Assembly (NCBI RefSeq): GCF_964355755.1
Contig: NC_092678.1
Coordinates: 15,233,881 to 15,297,880 of the forward strand
Length of the DNA stretch: 64,000 bases
Direction: 5' to 3'
Origin: Antedon mediterranea
Lineage: Eukaryota; Animalia; Echinodermata
The notes under the pieces are model-generated. The model was not told the DNA's origin. It made no database searches and saw only the letters and a program-made list of their open reading frames with translations. Positions within the stretch are counted from its first letter, which is position 1; the number at the start of each line of letters is the position of its first letter. Below are positions 38,100 through 53,000 of this stretch, in pieces. The position numbers and the translations under genes were made by a program.

Positions 38100-41000
38100 A
38101 AACAAATCAAACGAAACCACCAAAGAAAAAAGCTAAATGGAGATTCAGTATAGTAATCAAGATGTCGAGGTGAGTTATAAAGTTAAAGAACAACACAATA
38201 TGCCTACGAATATTAAATACATTTTCGAACGAGGCAAACAACTAAATCATTATTTTGTTAATGTATTGATGTAATTCATGCTATATCCTATACCTTTACA
38301 GTTACAGATTAGAAAATGCATTTCAGGTTAATGACTTGCAACAAATTAAAGAAATATGTAAAAGAAAACCAGATATTTTGGAAACCAAACATCGGGTAAG
38401 ACAAAATAATGATAGGACTCCCATATTACTATAACAAATTATTTTCATTCAATTAGTTAGTCAATTCTATTTCGTCATCAGCCTATGTCGCTACGGAGTA
38501 GTACGAGAGAGAGTACCGCGCATGCGTATGCCAGTTGTACCGTTCATGTACATGCTGCTAGTCATTTTCATTTATATCAGATAGAATAAATTTCCAAACT
38601 ACAGTTTCAAAGTTTTTGTAGATTTGCCACCTAGACTGGTCAATTCAGATAAGTATATAGACACTACAGACCGTTTTTTAGAACAGGTTATTTCTTGTTT
38701 TCTCTATGGAGAACAGTGATTACTTTTCTACTTTACTAGCCTCTAGGGCTAGGGCTAGGCTAGTACTAGCTAGGTCACGCGAGGGTTTTTCCGCCGGCGC
38801 GCTTCCCGAAGAGACTAATACACTGTTGGGCGAGCTTAGTAGAGCCAAGCCTATTCAATTGTCCTCAAATGAAGCAATTAACACACCAGCTTCACAGGAA
38901 GCATACACACTAGCTTCACACACAGGAAGCATACACTCCAGCTTCACAGGAAGCATCAAATACTGCACATGCAGCACATGATACCTCTAATGACATATTC
39001 GGAGGGGATGATTTTGAAGAGGTGGAGGAGGAAAATGTAGACTCCATCCTTAATCTAATCGATACGTCCCTATGTGTTGACAACACTGTTGGGCCTGACA
39101 TATCGGAAAAAATCGCAAAAATAATAAATGCTAAATTTGAATCTGCACTGAGTCTAGATACCTGGTAATCTAAAAGAAGTATATGTACCAAAAGTAAATG
39201 ACCAAATTTGGAATGGACTGAAGTCTTTTAATAGACAAAGGGATCTGCCTGTAGCAGCCCTACAGGACTCAGCCGTAAAGGCCACAAGTGCCATTGCTAT
39301 TTGTATCGAAGATATGCTTAAGGCGAAAGAATCCAAAAAGGCTCCTGATTATATGCTAACAGCTACCCGCCTGTTTGACTCTGTAGCCCTCTTGGGTTTT
39401 GTCAACAAAGAGTTATCGTATAAAAGGAGGGACACATTAAGACCGCTACTAAGCACAGACCTCAAAAATGCATGTTTAAGAACAAACAAACCTGAAAGAA
39501 TGCTATTTGGCAATGACTTAAAACAGGTTATGACTGATTCAAAACTGGAAGGGAGGATTATGAAAAACCAGGGAGAAGTAGGCAGATATGCCCCATACAC
39601 TACACAGAGAAGACCCTTTTAGTCGCGGGGACGCGACTCTATAGTTCACTATATGTCGGTCGGTCTGGTATCACTATGCGTTTTAGCACGCGACTTATGG
39701 CTGTTGGCCTTGTTTACCTCAGAGAGGGTACAACCCTCAGACATATCGACAAATTACCGGCGATAGATTCACAGGTAAAGGCACACTCTGAGTTAAATGA
39801 TCTTAAATGATACTTAGACTATCGAGTAGACCATTTGTTGGTGGCCAATTGAAAACATTTATAGAAAAATGGCAAGAACTAACTTCTGACCATACAATCC
39901 TAAATTCAGTGAAGGGTGAAATAATACAATTTTTAAGTCCTCCACCACCAACCATTACACGTCCATCAAATTGTATTGTAAAGAATCACATCAACTTAGT
40001 AGAACATGAAATACAGACACTGTTAACTAAACGTGTACTGGTTAAATGTGCATATGAACCAGGGGAATATGTATCTCCAACTTTTTCAGTTCCTAAGAAA
40101 GATAATAGGGCACTCATAATTTTAAATTTAAAATCACTAAACAAATATATTGAATATAAACACTTTAAAATGAACACAATCAATACCGCATTAAGTATGA
40201 TAACGAAGAATTGTTGGATGGCCTCTATTGACTTAAAGGATGCATATTATAGTGTGGGAATACACAAGGATTCTCAGAAGTATCTAAAATTTCACTATCA
40301 GGGAGAACTTTATAAATTTACAGCATATCCAAATGGTCTTTCCTTTTGCCCACGAACATTCACCAAACTATTAAAACCACCACTTAGTTTTCTGAGAAAG
40401 AGAGGACATATTTTATGTGTCTATATTGATGATCTACTATTATTAGAAGATGTATTGATACTATTATGGAAACAATAAAGATGTTTGATAATTTAGGTTT
40501 TGTTATACATCCTGAAAAATCAGTTTTATACCTACACAAAGTATCACATTCTTAGGTTTTAATATTAATTCAGGTAATATGAAAATTACTTTGACAAGTC
40601 CAAAATTGATCGACTTACTGACTGTATTACCAGGATATTGGCAATACCTACTCCAACAATTCGAGAGATAGCACAGATTATTGGGGTATATGGTGTCAAG
40701 CTTCCCTGCTGTACAATATGGTAAATGCCATTATCGGGCAGTGGAGAGGGATAAGATGAATGCTTTAAAGACAGCCAGAGGAAATTTCGACTCTAAATGT
40801 CCTCGGCTATTGAGGATCTACAATGGTGGCTGATAAACCTACCACAATGTTTTAATGTAATTTGACATTTAGCAATTGATTTAACTATTTACACAGACGC
40901 CTCTCTTTCTGGTTGTGGTAACAATGGGTGAAGCCGCTACAGGTGGTCATTGGACAGTAAATGAGAGAAAATACCATATAAATTATTTAGAGCTATTAGC

Positions 41001-44000
41001 TGCATATTTGGCCTGAAATCCTTTTCCAAACAAGTTCTAGGTGAACAGGTAAAGCTCATGATTGACATTACTACTGCTGTTTCCATTATAAATAATATGG
41101 GAACATGTCACAGTGATCCTTGTAATGATATTACATGGACAATTTGGGCATAATATTATAATAATATTGGATTACTGCAATCCACATACCAGGAGTGCTT
41201 AACAGTCGACAAATCGTGTCAAATTTCGACTCGGAGAGGGCGCCCTACTTTTCTAATTTAGTTCAAAATTGCTAAATTTTAGGGTGTTGGAAAAACACAA
41301 TATTTGTAAATTTAGCTGATTATCGGAAAAATATTGTTAGTGAAATAAATTCATAAATGGTTTTAATATATTGTCATGTAAAATTAAATGTATTTGAACA
41401 AAACGATAATCTGTAATTTAACGGCAAAATCAACCAATGTCTTTTTTTCGAAAATGTACCCTAGAAAATCATTAAAATAAAATATTTAGATAAATTGAAC
41501 AGTCCTGAATTTAAAATCCCTGTTAGAAAAATTAATAATCTACAATATACGATATTAAGATACAAAATTCGGTGGTTGGGATGCAGCTCCGACTATTCAA
41601 TCTAAAGGTACCACTATTTGTTCCATCGAAAACTAGCGAAACCGCCATTTTGTAAACACATCGTCATCGTGTTTATGAATTTATTTATATCGAACGATAT
41701 ACGCGATGTTTATAATTGTCCGCGTATAAGAATTCATATAAATAAATACATTCCAATACAACGTATATTATTACTTGTTTATTTATCACAGTATACATTT
41801 TAGTTGAGGAATATTTATCATAACTATTATAATAGCTTTTATACGAGTCCGAGGCCTAGCCCTATTAGCGACCGATTGTTCCAGGGGCGGAAAGTCACTT
41901 AGTGACGTTGTGATCGGGCGCGTCGGGCCTAGCTAATATTAATAATATGACCTGAAATAAGCGGCTAACAAGAACTGTTATATACTTGCTTACAATTGTT
42001 TTGTTATTGATGAACAAACAAGCAATTAGATTGAATAACAAATTATTTATTCATTTTTTTGGGTAAAAACATGTACAAACTAGTACTGTATAATATAAAT
42101 TATAATATTTATAGTAATTATTAAACTAATACAGTATTAATCAAATATAAAATAGGCCTAACATACAATAAATATTCAATTTTTAAGGTCTACCACATGA
42201 CAATAACATAATTTACAGAGTATAGTGTAGTACGTTTGCATTCAACATAAATATTTGTATTGTAATTCATCTAAATCCTCTGCAACATACATATATATTT
42301 GTAATTCAACATTTTGTTTTAAATAATTAAATTATAGTTTGGGTATGACAATGTCGGTAGGTACCGGTGTCATCTTTTTATCCACTTCACTCTCAGTTTG
42401 AAGTCACAAAGACAAAGAACTCTGCATCATCAACGATTCCTGAAAGTGTCAGAAAAAATAATAAATATTATTTAAAAAAAATGTTAATGTCTGGTTGTAC
42501 TGTATATATAATTATAATATTATATGATGACATAAAAGTAAGGCAAATGGAAGCTGTATTTTATTATTTAAATTACAGTATTTACTATTATTATTTATAT
42601 AATCTAGGCCTACTAGTACTAGTAGCCTGCTAGGCATCTATTGAGCCTAATAAATCAAATAATAAATGAAAAATAAAATAATAATATTAATACTGATTGA
42701 AAAAAAGTATTTTTTTTTGCGGAGATCAGATCACCAGGCTAGGCCGGCCAGGACCAATGATACTCGTAATCAGTACAACTTATAACGACTATCGGATCAG
42801 CATCAACACAGTACAACACACGTCTCGCTATCGCCTATCCTGACACACGTGTCTCGCGTTGCCGAAACCACGCTCACAGCTAGAAAATGTATCTACCTTT
42901 CGAGGCCTGAGAATACACCAACAAATTTTGAACAGGATAGAAATATATCATACTCGATTAAACTAATATTATTCTTGATAAAACAATTGATTATAATTTT
43001 TTTAATTTGTTGGGATGCACCTCCGACTATTCAGAAAATGGACAACAAAACAGTAGTCAAATCGTACCACATTTATAAATTTCACGAGTCCCGACTTCAG
43101 TCGCCGAATGTATTGTATTAGCTTCGGTTTCTTTGAAGGAAACCGATTGGTTATTCAATAATACTTATTAGGAAATGCTTTTACCATAATAGGTAATGTT
43201 GGGCGGGTCTTAAATATTCATGAGAGCTTAAAATAAAACGGCACTTATTTGCTAGGCGACGAAAAATCGTGGTTTCAGTTTTCAACGATAGGTGGCGCTT
43301 CAAAATCATCAATGCGGAAGTAAGTCGATTTTACACGATTTAACGGTCAAAACGCGAAGTGGCTTTCCCACTGTAATGTTACTGCTGATTTGAATCTCGA
43401 AGACAGAATATAGATACAGAATGGATGCTAAATTCTAAAACTTTATGTGAGGTTCTAACGAAACTTAATGTTCTACCCACAATTGATTTATTTGCATCAA
43501 GACTAAATAAACAATTTGATAAATACATCTCTTATAGACAAGATCCATATGCAACAGATATTGATGCGTTTACAATATAATGGCAAAATATATTATTTTA
43601 TTTGTCATATACTGTACATTACTTGTACTGTAATTGTAACCGATTGTAATGGTCTAACGCCCTCTATATACATAGTGTTGTGGAGAATGAATAAAGCCCC
43701 GGATGCGGGGAAGATGGAGAACGACTAAACCTCGACTCACGTGTGTTTACTTGTTGTGCTTTTATGGTTCGGATATTTACCTTAAATGGTGTTAGTACAC
43801 AACAAAATTGCTTTCCCCCTTTTAATTGTGTTCTCAGGGTTATACAGAAAATAATACAAGACAAGGCGTAGGGAATTCTAGTACAGTAGTACCAGATTGA
43901 CCATCCCAATCGTGGTACCCCATGCTGCTGGGGATACTCAAGGAAGCAAACACAAATTCATGCACAACCGGGCTTGACTCATCCTCTACCCAAGAAACTA

Positions 44001-47000
44001 TGACTGCTCATATGTCATGTATCAGCAGAAGCTTATCAAAGGGATTTACCTCAGGCACATTAGATATCATACCAGGGAGTTGTAAACTCCCTGATCATAC
44101 TAGCATCGTGGTGAGCAGGAACAAAGGTTCAATATCAAACTATGGCTAACAGATGGTTTGAATTTTGTGAGAGAAAAAATTGTGACATTATTTCACCACA
44201 TGTGACATTACCACTTGAGTTTTTATCAGATATGTTTAATTCAGGTTTATCGTACAGTTCTATTAATACTGCTAGAAGTATGTTGTCCTCTCTTTTTGCT
44301 GTAGGTCAAGAGTATGCATCTTTTGGTCAATTACCTATTGTGAAACGCTTTATGAAGGGTATTTTTGAATAAGAGACCATAAAGCCCATCTTTACCAAGG
44401 TACAGTTATACTTGGAATGTCAATGTTGCCCTAGATTGCATCAGAGGGCAACCATCAATCCAAGAATCATCGCTGAAAGAAATATCACAAAGATTGGCGT
44501 TCTTATTGTGTCTTTTAAGTGGTCAAAGGTGCCAGACGATATTAAATCTCTCGATTGCAAATATGGAAAAGAGTGATCATAAAATTGTTTTCTATGTAAC
44601 TAAAAAATTAAAGCATACATGGGTTGGCTCACATCAAAAGCCATTTTCATGTACAAGTGTTTTTCGCCAGGATAAGGCACAGCTACTGTTAAGTTACATT
44701 TCTCCACATAAGCCGATTTCAAAAGATACAGTGTCCCACTGGGTAAAGAAATTCATGTGTAATGCAGGTATAGATACAGTCCAATATAAGCCCCATAGTA
44801 CCAGATCAGCCTCAGCTTCTCATCTTCTAAATAAAAATGTTGACCTAAACAACAACATGAAGTCAGCTGGTTGGGCTAAGGAGGAAACTTTTCAGAAATA
44901 TTATAATCATATAGCACCTCCTACTTTTAATTATGGTACTGCAGTTCTTGAGTCATGCTCAAGCGAGAAATGAAGTGTTATTGAAACCATGTTTGCATTG
45001 TTTAAAGTTTATGTTTCTTATAGTTACTATCCAAGGGTATGTTTTACAGTGTTATTACCTGAATGTTATTTTTCCTGTAAGCAGTGTATAATACAGGAAA
45101 TACAGTGATTTCAGTTAATTGTTTACAGACTAAAGTATCGTACTACATAGTTTTGTGGTAATAAAATGTTTTCTATTGAAAGAATGTAAACGATTTGAAT
45201 GACTGTTAATTTGTTTATTAATCTGTTTTTCCACCGTTTTGCGAATACTGGCTCACTGTGCTCTAAAGTCTCGTACTACTCCGTAGCGACATAGGCTGAT
45301 GACGAAATAGAATTGAAAATTAAACGAGACTTACCTGTAAGTTGAAGTTTAATTGTAATTCTATGAGTCATCAGCCGGGAGTGGAGGAGTTGTACGCCCT
45401 CCCTTACGTAGGTTTGGCCCTGACCCAGACTCCTCCACTCTCCTCACTGAGCCTGTATTCTGCTCTAAAGACTGGTATACGCATGCGCGGTACTCTCTCT
45501 CGTACAACTCCTCCACTCCCGGCTGATGACTCATAGAATTAAAATTAAACTTCAACTTACAGGTAAGTCTCGTTTAATTTTCAATTAGACCATTACATGT
45601 ATGTAAATTGTAAAACTGTATTCATTATGCCTATATTCAAATGTAATGATTACTGTATAATACCCTGGATCAATAACACACGCTTCATTGACGAATGCTG
45701 CAAATTAAATAAACGATCAGTACTTAGGCCTACTGTTAATGTTTGTTTTAAATTGTGAGATCATCGGTGTGTACAGTTACTGTAGAGGGTTGGCCGATTA
45801 GGTAAACGGTCAGAATGACAGTTTCAAGTCAAGAGCCCATTTTGTGTATGTGAATAAAAAAAGAGCATAATTGAGTTCATCTACATCCAATCTAGTAAGA
45901 CTTTTTTTAAATAATTATACAGATAATTCATAATGGTGACTACAGTAGAATCACATTTCTTTGACAGTCGACAACAGCAACTATGTATTCACTTTATTCG
46001 CTTATCATTATAGTTATAACAATTATTTACTTCAGGGTTGTACAATAACTGTTTTTGTTCTTCATGATTTGTAATATTAGCATGTTATTAAATGTAGTAT
46101 AAATTTAACTGATTTTATTCATATCATAACAGTGTTGAATTTACAACAATTGTCAATGTGACATGAATAAAAAAACCTGTTTGCATTACAGCTGTAATCT
46201 ATATTTATAAATTACATGGTTATGATTTCTTTCTAGTTTGGATATACTCCTCTACATAACTATTTACTATGTGCCAACCCTACAACAGAAATAGTGGATT
46301 ATCTCATACAACACGGGGCATCAGCAACGTCACAAACTTTGGTAATTTACACAAAATCTTAGTGGTCTTTATGTCGTTATTATGAAAACAGTAGGCCTAT
46401 CTGTTCCAGCAAACATCTCATTTCATTTATAATTTGTCATTTATAATTAAAATTAATTATTTAGAATTATTCATTGCGAATTTTAGAAGCAGTTATTGAA
46501 TGAAACAAGAAATGAAGACATGTCATAAGCGACATGTGTTTTAGAAACAATATTACATTGCATAAAGTCAATTAATATTAATTCACACATTGTATTACAA
46601 TTATAGTATCACTTTAATTTATCTGTTTAGTTTGTTTAAGTTGGTTTATATAATATAATAATTATCTCTTGAAATAATGTTACTTGTGTCCTATTTTATA
46701 AAGGCGTAGACAAGTAGACTGTTGCGTTGACGTTGGTTTGTACGGTATGCTATGTAACAAGCTATGTGTTGTAAATAATGTACAAATGAATGTAGCTGAT
46801 TTTTATTGTTTTGTACATTCAAAAGATTTTGTAATAACAATGTACAATTTATAACCATTATCAATGTGGCATGACCGAAATATATGATTGCATTACAGCT
46901 GGAATTGATATTTACTACTACATGGTTATGATTTCTTTATAGTCTGGATACACTCCACTACATTTGTATTTACTATGTGCCAACACTACAACAGACATAG

Positions 47001-50000
47001 TGGATTGTCTCATACAACACGGCGCAGAAGTAACGTCACAAGATAAGGTAACATACAATTTTAGGAGGTCTATTATTAGGCCAGTATTAATAAAACATTA
47101 TCGGTTCAAGTAAACATCTCTATTCCATTTATGACGTCTCTTTTATAATTATATGAATTATTTAGAAGTAGGTATTACAAATTCAAAAACAGTTATTAAA
47201 TAAAAAAATAAATTAATTAAAAACTATTGTGCAGACTGCCATGAACGATATGTGTTTGTACAAACAATTATTACATAGTATAACTATGTGCGTTTCCCCA
47301 ATTATGACATCATATAATCGATTGTCATTCATAGTGTGAATGAATTTCTAGTATGGATACACTACACTACATAGGTATTTGCGATATTCTAACAGCAATA
47401 GTGACTTGTCTCACATAGTATGGCGCATCAGTAACATCACAACATGTAGTAATGTACATACAATCATAGTGGTATTTATGTCATCATTATGAAAACAGTA
47501 TCTGTTCCAGCAAACATCTCTATTTCATTTATAACATGTAATTTATAATTAATATTGATTATTTTTATTTATTTATTGCGAATTTTAGAAGCAGTTATTG
47601 AATGAAACAAGAAATGAAGACATGCCAAAACCGACATGTATTTTTAGAAACAATATTACATTGCATAAAGTCAATTAATATTAATTCATACATTGTATTA
47701 CAATTATAGTAGCACTTTGATTTATCTGTTTAGTTTGTTTAAGTTGGTTTAAATAATATAATAATTAACTCTTGAAATAATTGTATTTGGGTCCTTTTTT
47801 ATAAAGACGTAGACATGTAGACTGTTGCGTTGACGTTGGTCTGTACGGCATGCTATATGTAACAAGCCATATGTGGTAAATAATGTACAAATAAATTTAG
47901 CTGGTTTTTATTGTTTTGTACACTCAGAGGATTTTGTCATAACAATATACAATTTAAAACCATTATCAATCTGGCATGACCGAATGATTACAATACAGCT
48001 GGAATTGATATTTACTACTACATGGTTATGATTTCTTTCTAGTCTGGATACACTCCACTACATGTGTATTTACGATGTGCCAATCCTACAACAGAAATAG
48101 TGGATTATCTCATACAACACGGCGCACCAGTAACGTCAAAAAATAAGGTAACATACAAGTTTAGGAGGTCTATTATGCCAGTATTAATAAAACATTGTCG
48201 GTTCAAGCAGCAAACATCTCTATTCCATTTATGACGTCTCTTTATAATTATATGAATTATTTATAAGTAGGTATTGCATATTCAAAAACATTTATTAAAT
48301 AAAAAATAAATTAATTAAAAATTATATTATGCAGACATGCCATGATCGATATGTGTTAGTAAAAACAATTATTCCATAGTATAACTAAGTGCGTCTCACC
48401 AATTATGATGTCATAATATAATCGATTGTAATTCAAACATTTGTATTACAATTATAGTAGTTCTTCAATTTATCCGTCTATTTTTTTAAGCTGGTTAGAA
48501 TATAATTATTATTCTTGAACTAATTTTATTGGGTCTTAATTTAACATAACAAAAAAATATGAATAAATTACATGAATATGGCTTCTTTCTAGTATGGCGA
48601 CACTACACTACATAGGTATTTGCGATATTCTAACAACAATAGTGACTTGTCTTACATAGTATGGCGCATCAGTAACATCACAACATGTAGTAATGTACAT
48701 ACAATCATAGTGGTATTTATTTCATTATTATGAAAACAGTATCTGTTCCAGCAAACATCTCTATTTCATTTATAATATGTAATTTATAATTAATATTGAT
48801 TATTTTGAATTATTTATTGTCATAACCGACATGTTTTTTTAGAAACAATATTACATTGCATAAAGTCAATTAATATTAATTCACATATTGTTTTACACTT
48901 ATAGTAGCACTTAAATTTATCTGTCTAGTTTGTTTAAGTTGGTTTAAATAATAATAACCAACTCTTGGAATAATTTTATTTGGATCCTATTTTATAGAGG
49001 CCTATATTTTCTTTTTTTATTCAATCAAATACGATAGATAAGTACGAAATTATGTGGAATGTTTTGGTCCTCCGAAAAATTGCATTCATTTTGTTTGACC
49101 TAGGTCAAAGGTCAAATGTCAAACAATGCAATTCAGTGACCACAAAAAGTAATCCGTATATATTCAGGCCTCACGTCCTGGGACAGTAAATTACCCACGT
49201 ATGGGATACGGGCCACGTATTCAAAGGGTTGTGTCTATTTTGTTTTAATTCTAAAAGCAGCAATTTTAAATACAAATTTGCAGAGTAATCGCAAATGATA
49301 TTAGTGCTCACTTTAAAATGAATGTTTGAAAATCCATGCAGTCAAAAAATGATCTTTCTTTGTGTTTTTTTTTTGTGTAAAAATATTAAAATAATAGACG
49401 TTTGATGTGTTATTGATTAATATCATGTCAGTTATTTCCGTCCTCATATTTGGTATAAGAAAAGAATACTGCATTTCATGGTCGTCTGGTAAATTATCGT
49501 GTTTTATAAATGTTCTCAAAGTATGATTATCATTTCCATTTGGATAACAGTGATAATAGTTGAATTTGGTTGACTATTCTTGCAGTCTCCCGTTGTTCAG
49601 TTGAATGTCTTGATATGTGGTGGTAATAATAATTGGTGGTTTGTTTTTAAGATGATTAGCAATATATATTTCTGGTAGTGTAGGCCAAATTAGAAAGAAG
49701 TAAATATAATTGCATCTTTTTTCTCATTGTTTGTAAATCCTTATATACAATAGCCTACAATCCTTGCAAAAAAATTACATAAAACAAACAATTAAAAATC
49801 AACCAAAAAATAACAAAACACAGTGTAAGCATAATGTACTTCACAATATTTCATACACCTTCCGGGAGCTAATGAAATTATTATCAACCAGTCAAATATT
49901 ATATCGGCCTAAAAGTGGGCCGATTTTCGTCACACCTCGGCCAAATCATCCCGCATTCAGCTATTTCCTAGACCTTGTATTTATTGAGAAACGTAATCTA

Positions 50001-53000
50001 GCCTTGTGTTATCACTGCATTAGGTATTTGGAAAAATGGTAAAGGGGTGCTGAATTAAGTTTGGCGGGAGTGATGTACATGAGGTAGAAACATGAGCAAG
50101 AATACAGTTTTGAAGGCGTACCGCCCGTTTTATTTGAAATGAGGCACGGAGTGCTGCCGCTATATTATAACTGCAGCTGCGCTGATCACATCACGTGTGC
50201 TCTCTCAATATCGATATTGCTACTGACCCTAGTGATCTAATTGTGATGAAGGAAAATTGCCAAGAATTTTCGAAAGCTATTATAGGTTGAGCCCACAGAC
50301 CAATAATACACAAGCAAACCCTTTTATTTGAATTTGTTTTTTGTTTTATTATAATTAGTTAACTACAATTATTTGCTGCAATAACATGTATGTATAAACA
50401 TCATGATTATGTATTAACTACGGTATAGGAAGGAAATTCCCATGTCAGATACATATCTCTATGGCCTAATTTATTAAATATACGTCCTGCTTTGAATAAA
50501 TTCCCCATCAGATAGAAAAATAGAGTGAGTTGCTGAGCGGTTAAGACAGTGGAACCGTAGCCATAACGTAAGGGTTCGAGGCTCACTCACTCCATAGTTC
50601 TGGTGGTAGAGAATGAGTCTTCTGGGATAAGGACGATAAACCGTAGGTCCAGTGTACACATCTAGGTCATGTGCATTTTAAAGAAAGTAGTGCATATTAT
50701 TTTTATAAGAGTAGGTGGTTACCCCGTTGTACTACATTCCTAAGCAGCCACAAACTAACTAACGAGGGCCCTTCCTTCAATATAACTGGATAGGCCACCC
50801 TCATTAATTATGGTATTAAATAAAAATAAATAAAATCCGAACAAAAGAGATGTTACTTTAAAATGTTATACTTACCATCTAAGATACCGACAAAAAAGTT
50901 TAGGTTTAGTTCTACGAATTCATCATATATTTGACCACTAGATATCCATGCATGCATAAAAGTAGTTGAAGATATATTGTCCCCCTGACAAATAATTGTT
51001 TTACATTCATTCATTTGTTCAATATGTCATTTTAATGTCATAATAGTTATTCACTTTGACCAGAATTTGGATCAAAACAAAAAAGATTTACCTGAGAAAA
51101 CTGTAATGTAAAGCAAAACATTGTAAACTTGTCTGCCAGACAAAGAATAATAGTGAAATCATTATTTTCTTTAGTTTTTTTTCTTATTTAATAGTTTTAT
51201 TAAAACTGCAATCTCATCTATTCAAAGTCTGACTTTATAGCTCTTTAATTTTCATGATTTTGGTGGCAATACATCTTTAATTAATAATAATAATAATTAT
51301 TATATGATAGCCAATCACCAAAAATGGTTGTTGCCCATAAAGGCCATACATCATTGTACAACCTGGAATCTTTCAACCACCCGATTCCTTCCTCTGGATT
51401 ATCTAGCTGTGTGTCAGACAATTTTAATTTAATATGAAACTGCTGTTCTAATTAAATTTGGTACCATATGTCATTTTTACTGTTGTTATCAACTATTAAA
51501 AAGAAGCTGTTTGGTCTGGATGTAATGTGGTTGTCTCACGCTATAAGCAGCAAATTTGATCTGATGTTTTTTGATATCATGATGATATGTTTTATGTTTT
51601 AAATATCTCTAACAATCTAGCTGTTCCACTTTTCAATTATCTTTTAAAAAAATCTCTTATCACCATTATTGTTGATCATCTTTTGAACCACTTTCCGATT
51701 TGCTGGAACCATTTTAATCAACTGAGCCAATGTGAGATGCAATGCCTCGCGAGCTTATGAATACGTTGTAATAACCCAGCTTTACTCCAATTCTGGTTGT
51801 GTAGTTGTTCAAAAGTCCCTTATATTTGGCAAACTCCTCCGCAAATTCAGTTCAACATTACCGGTTCCCATTTCCATATTATAAATGATCAAACTATCAA
51901 GTTATCTAAAAACTTTCAGAGTTTCTTACTGCATTTTACCAAGCCTAATAATCGAGTATGGGTATGCATGTTTTCAGTTGTTTATTACATAACAGTATTT
52001 CATTTCATTATTTTTTCTGTCTATTTCAATATATACATAACAAATGGTCAACCTAAGTGAACTTAATCACTGTAGCGAAGCCGGTTGACCCAACTATTAT
52101 TATTATTTATAAGACTCATTATATATATCTACAACAGACTGGTTACGACAAGCAAATACAGCTGGACACCTCTAGCGTTCGTGGTATGGAGATTAAATAT
52201 CTTAATGGGAAACAAAATAATATACAAATATATTTGTTGAATTATCGGCATCGTTTGTTTAATTAAATTGTTTATTGTATGAATAATATGTGTGATTTGT
52301 AATGCACTTGGGAAAAAGTTGGCTTACGTATGTCTTATTATGTAATAATAATATATCTTCATAAATGCGGTTTACGATATAGCAACTACACGGAGAGGTA
52401 TCTTTCATCGTGTTTAGTTCAAGTATATAGTTAGGTTGACGTTCAGAACCATAAGTGTTTGCTGCAATACACTGTATATATAAACCACATGATTATATTT
52501 TCTCTTCAGAACGGAAACACCGCGCTGTATGAATACATGCGTTCAAATGAACCTAAATTAGAAGTAGTAAACTATCGCACAAAGCAAGGTGCACTAAATA
52601 AGGTAATCTATATGTAAATTTACGTAAGGGCAAAATTCGGTAAATCACGCCTTACTTCTAGAATTTTTTCTCGATGGTATATAAAGTTGGTTCGTACTTT
52701 CGGCACTGATTTTAACCACCTGATGTAACCCTGTTTACTAATTAAATTAAGTTAGATAATTAGTTATTGACGATTAAAACGAATTTAGGTTCAACGATTT
52801 GCCCCAAATAGGGGTGTTTTCCCATCGTGGTATACACTGTCTAATGGATGTCCATCTTGAAAAATACCCGCCATAAAAATGAGAGGAGGCTTCGCATTTT
52901 CCTATCTCCTCCTACAATAATTGTTTTTAATAGCTGAAAACCGGTTGAACAGCTAGAGTACAGCGTCATAATGTTGAAGACAGGCCGATTTTCTTTAAAA

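Larger units (their letters stand above)
39807..43920 (+). pseudogene. pol: DIRS RT / RNase H / DNA N6-adenine methyltransferase-like ORF, disrupted
   Basis: ILNLKSLN, HFKM, SIDLKDAY, YIDD; YTDAS, HINYLELLA, HIPGVLNVTAD; IDLFASRLNKQ, DAF, FPPF. Confidence 0.88.
38461..45586 (+). mobile_element. DIRS1-like tyrosine-recombinase retrotransposon (degenerate) in a gene B intron
   Basis: Inverted termini (38501-38535 vs 45471-45505); internal complementary region 45269-45396 matching the left end (38461-38508) and the right end (45501-45586); gag-RT-RH-MT-YR remnants. Confidence 0.93.

Noticed and set aside
45296-45310. CTGATGA-C-GAAA (and CTGAAGA...GAAA at about 33822) as hammerhead ribozymes
   Set aside because: No adequate stem II or flanking stems; the first is part of the DIRS ICR.
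45342-45555. Mirror-image ORF pair MKFN..SHQPGVEELY
   Set aside because: Artefact of the DIRS ICR / right-terminus inverted repeat.
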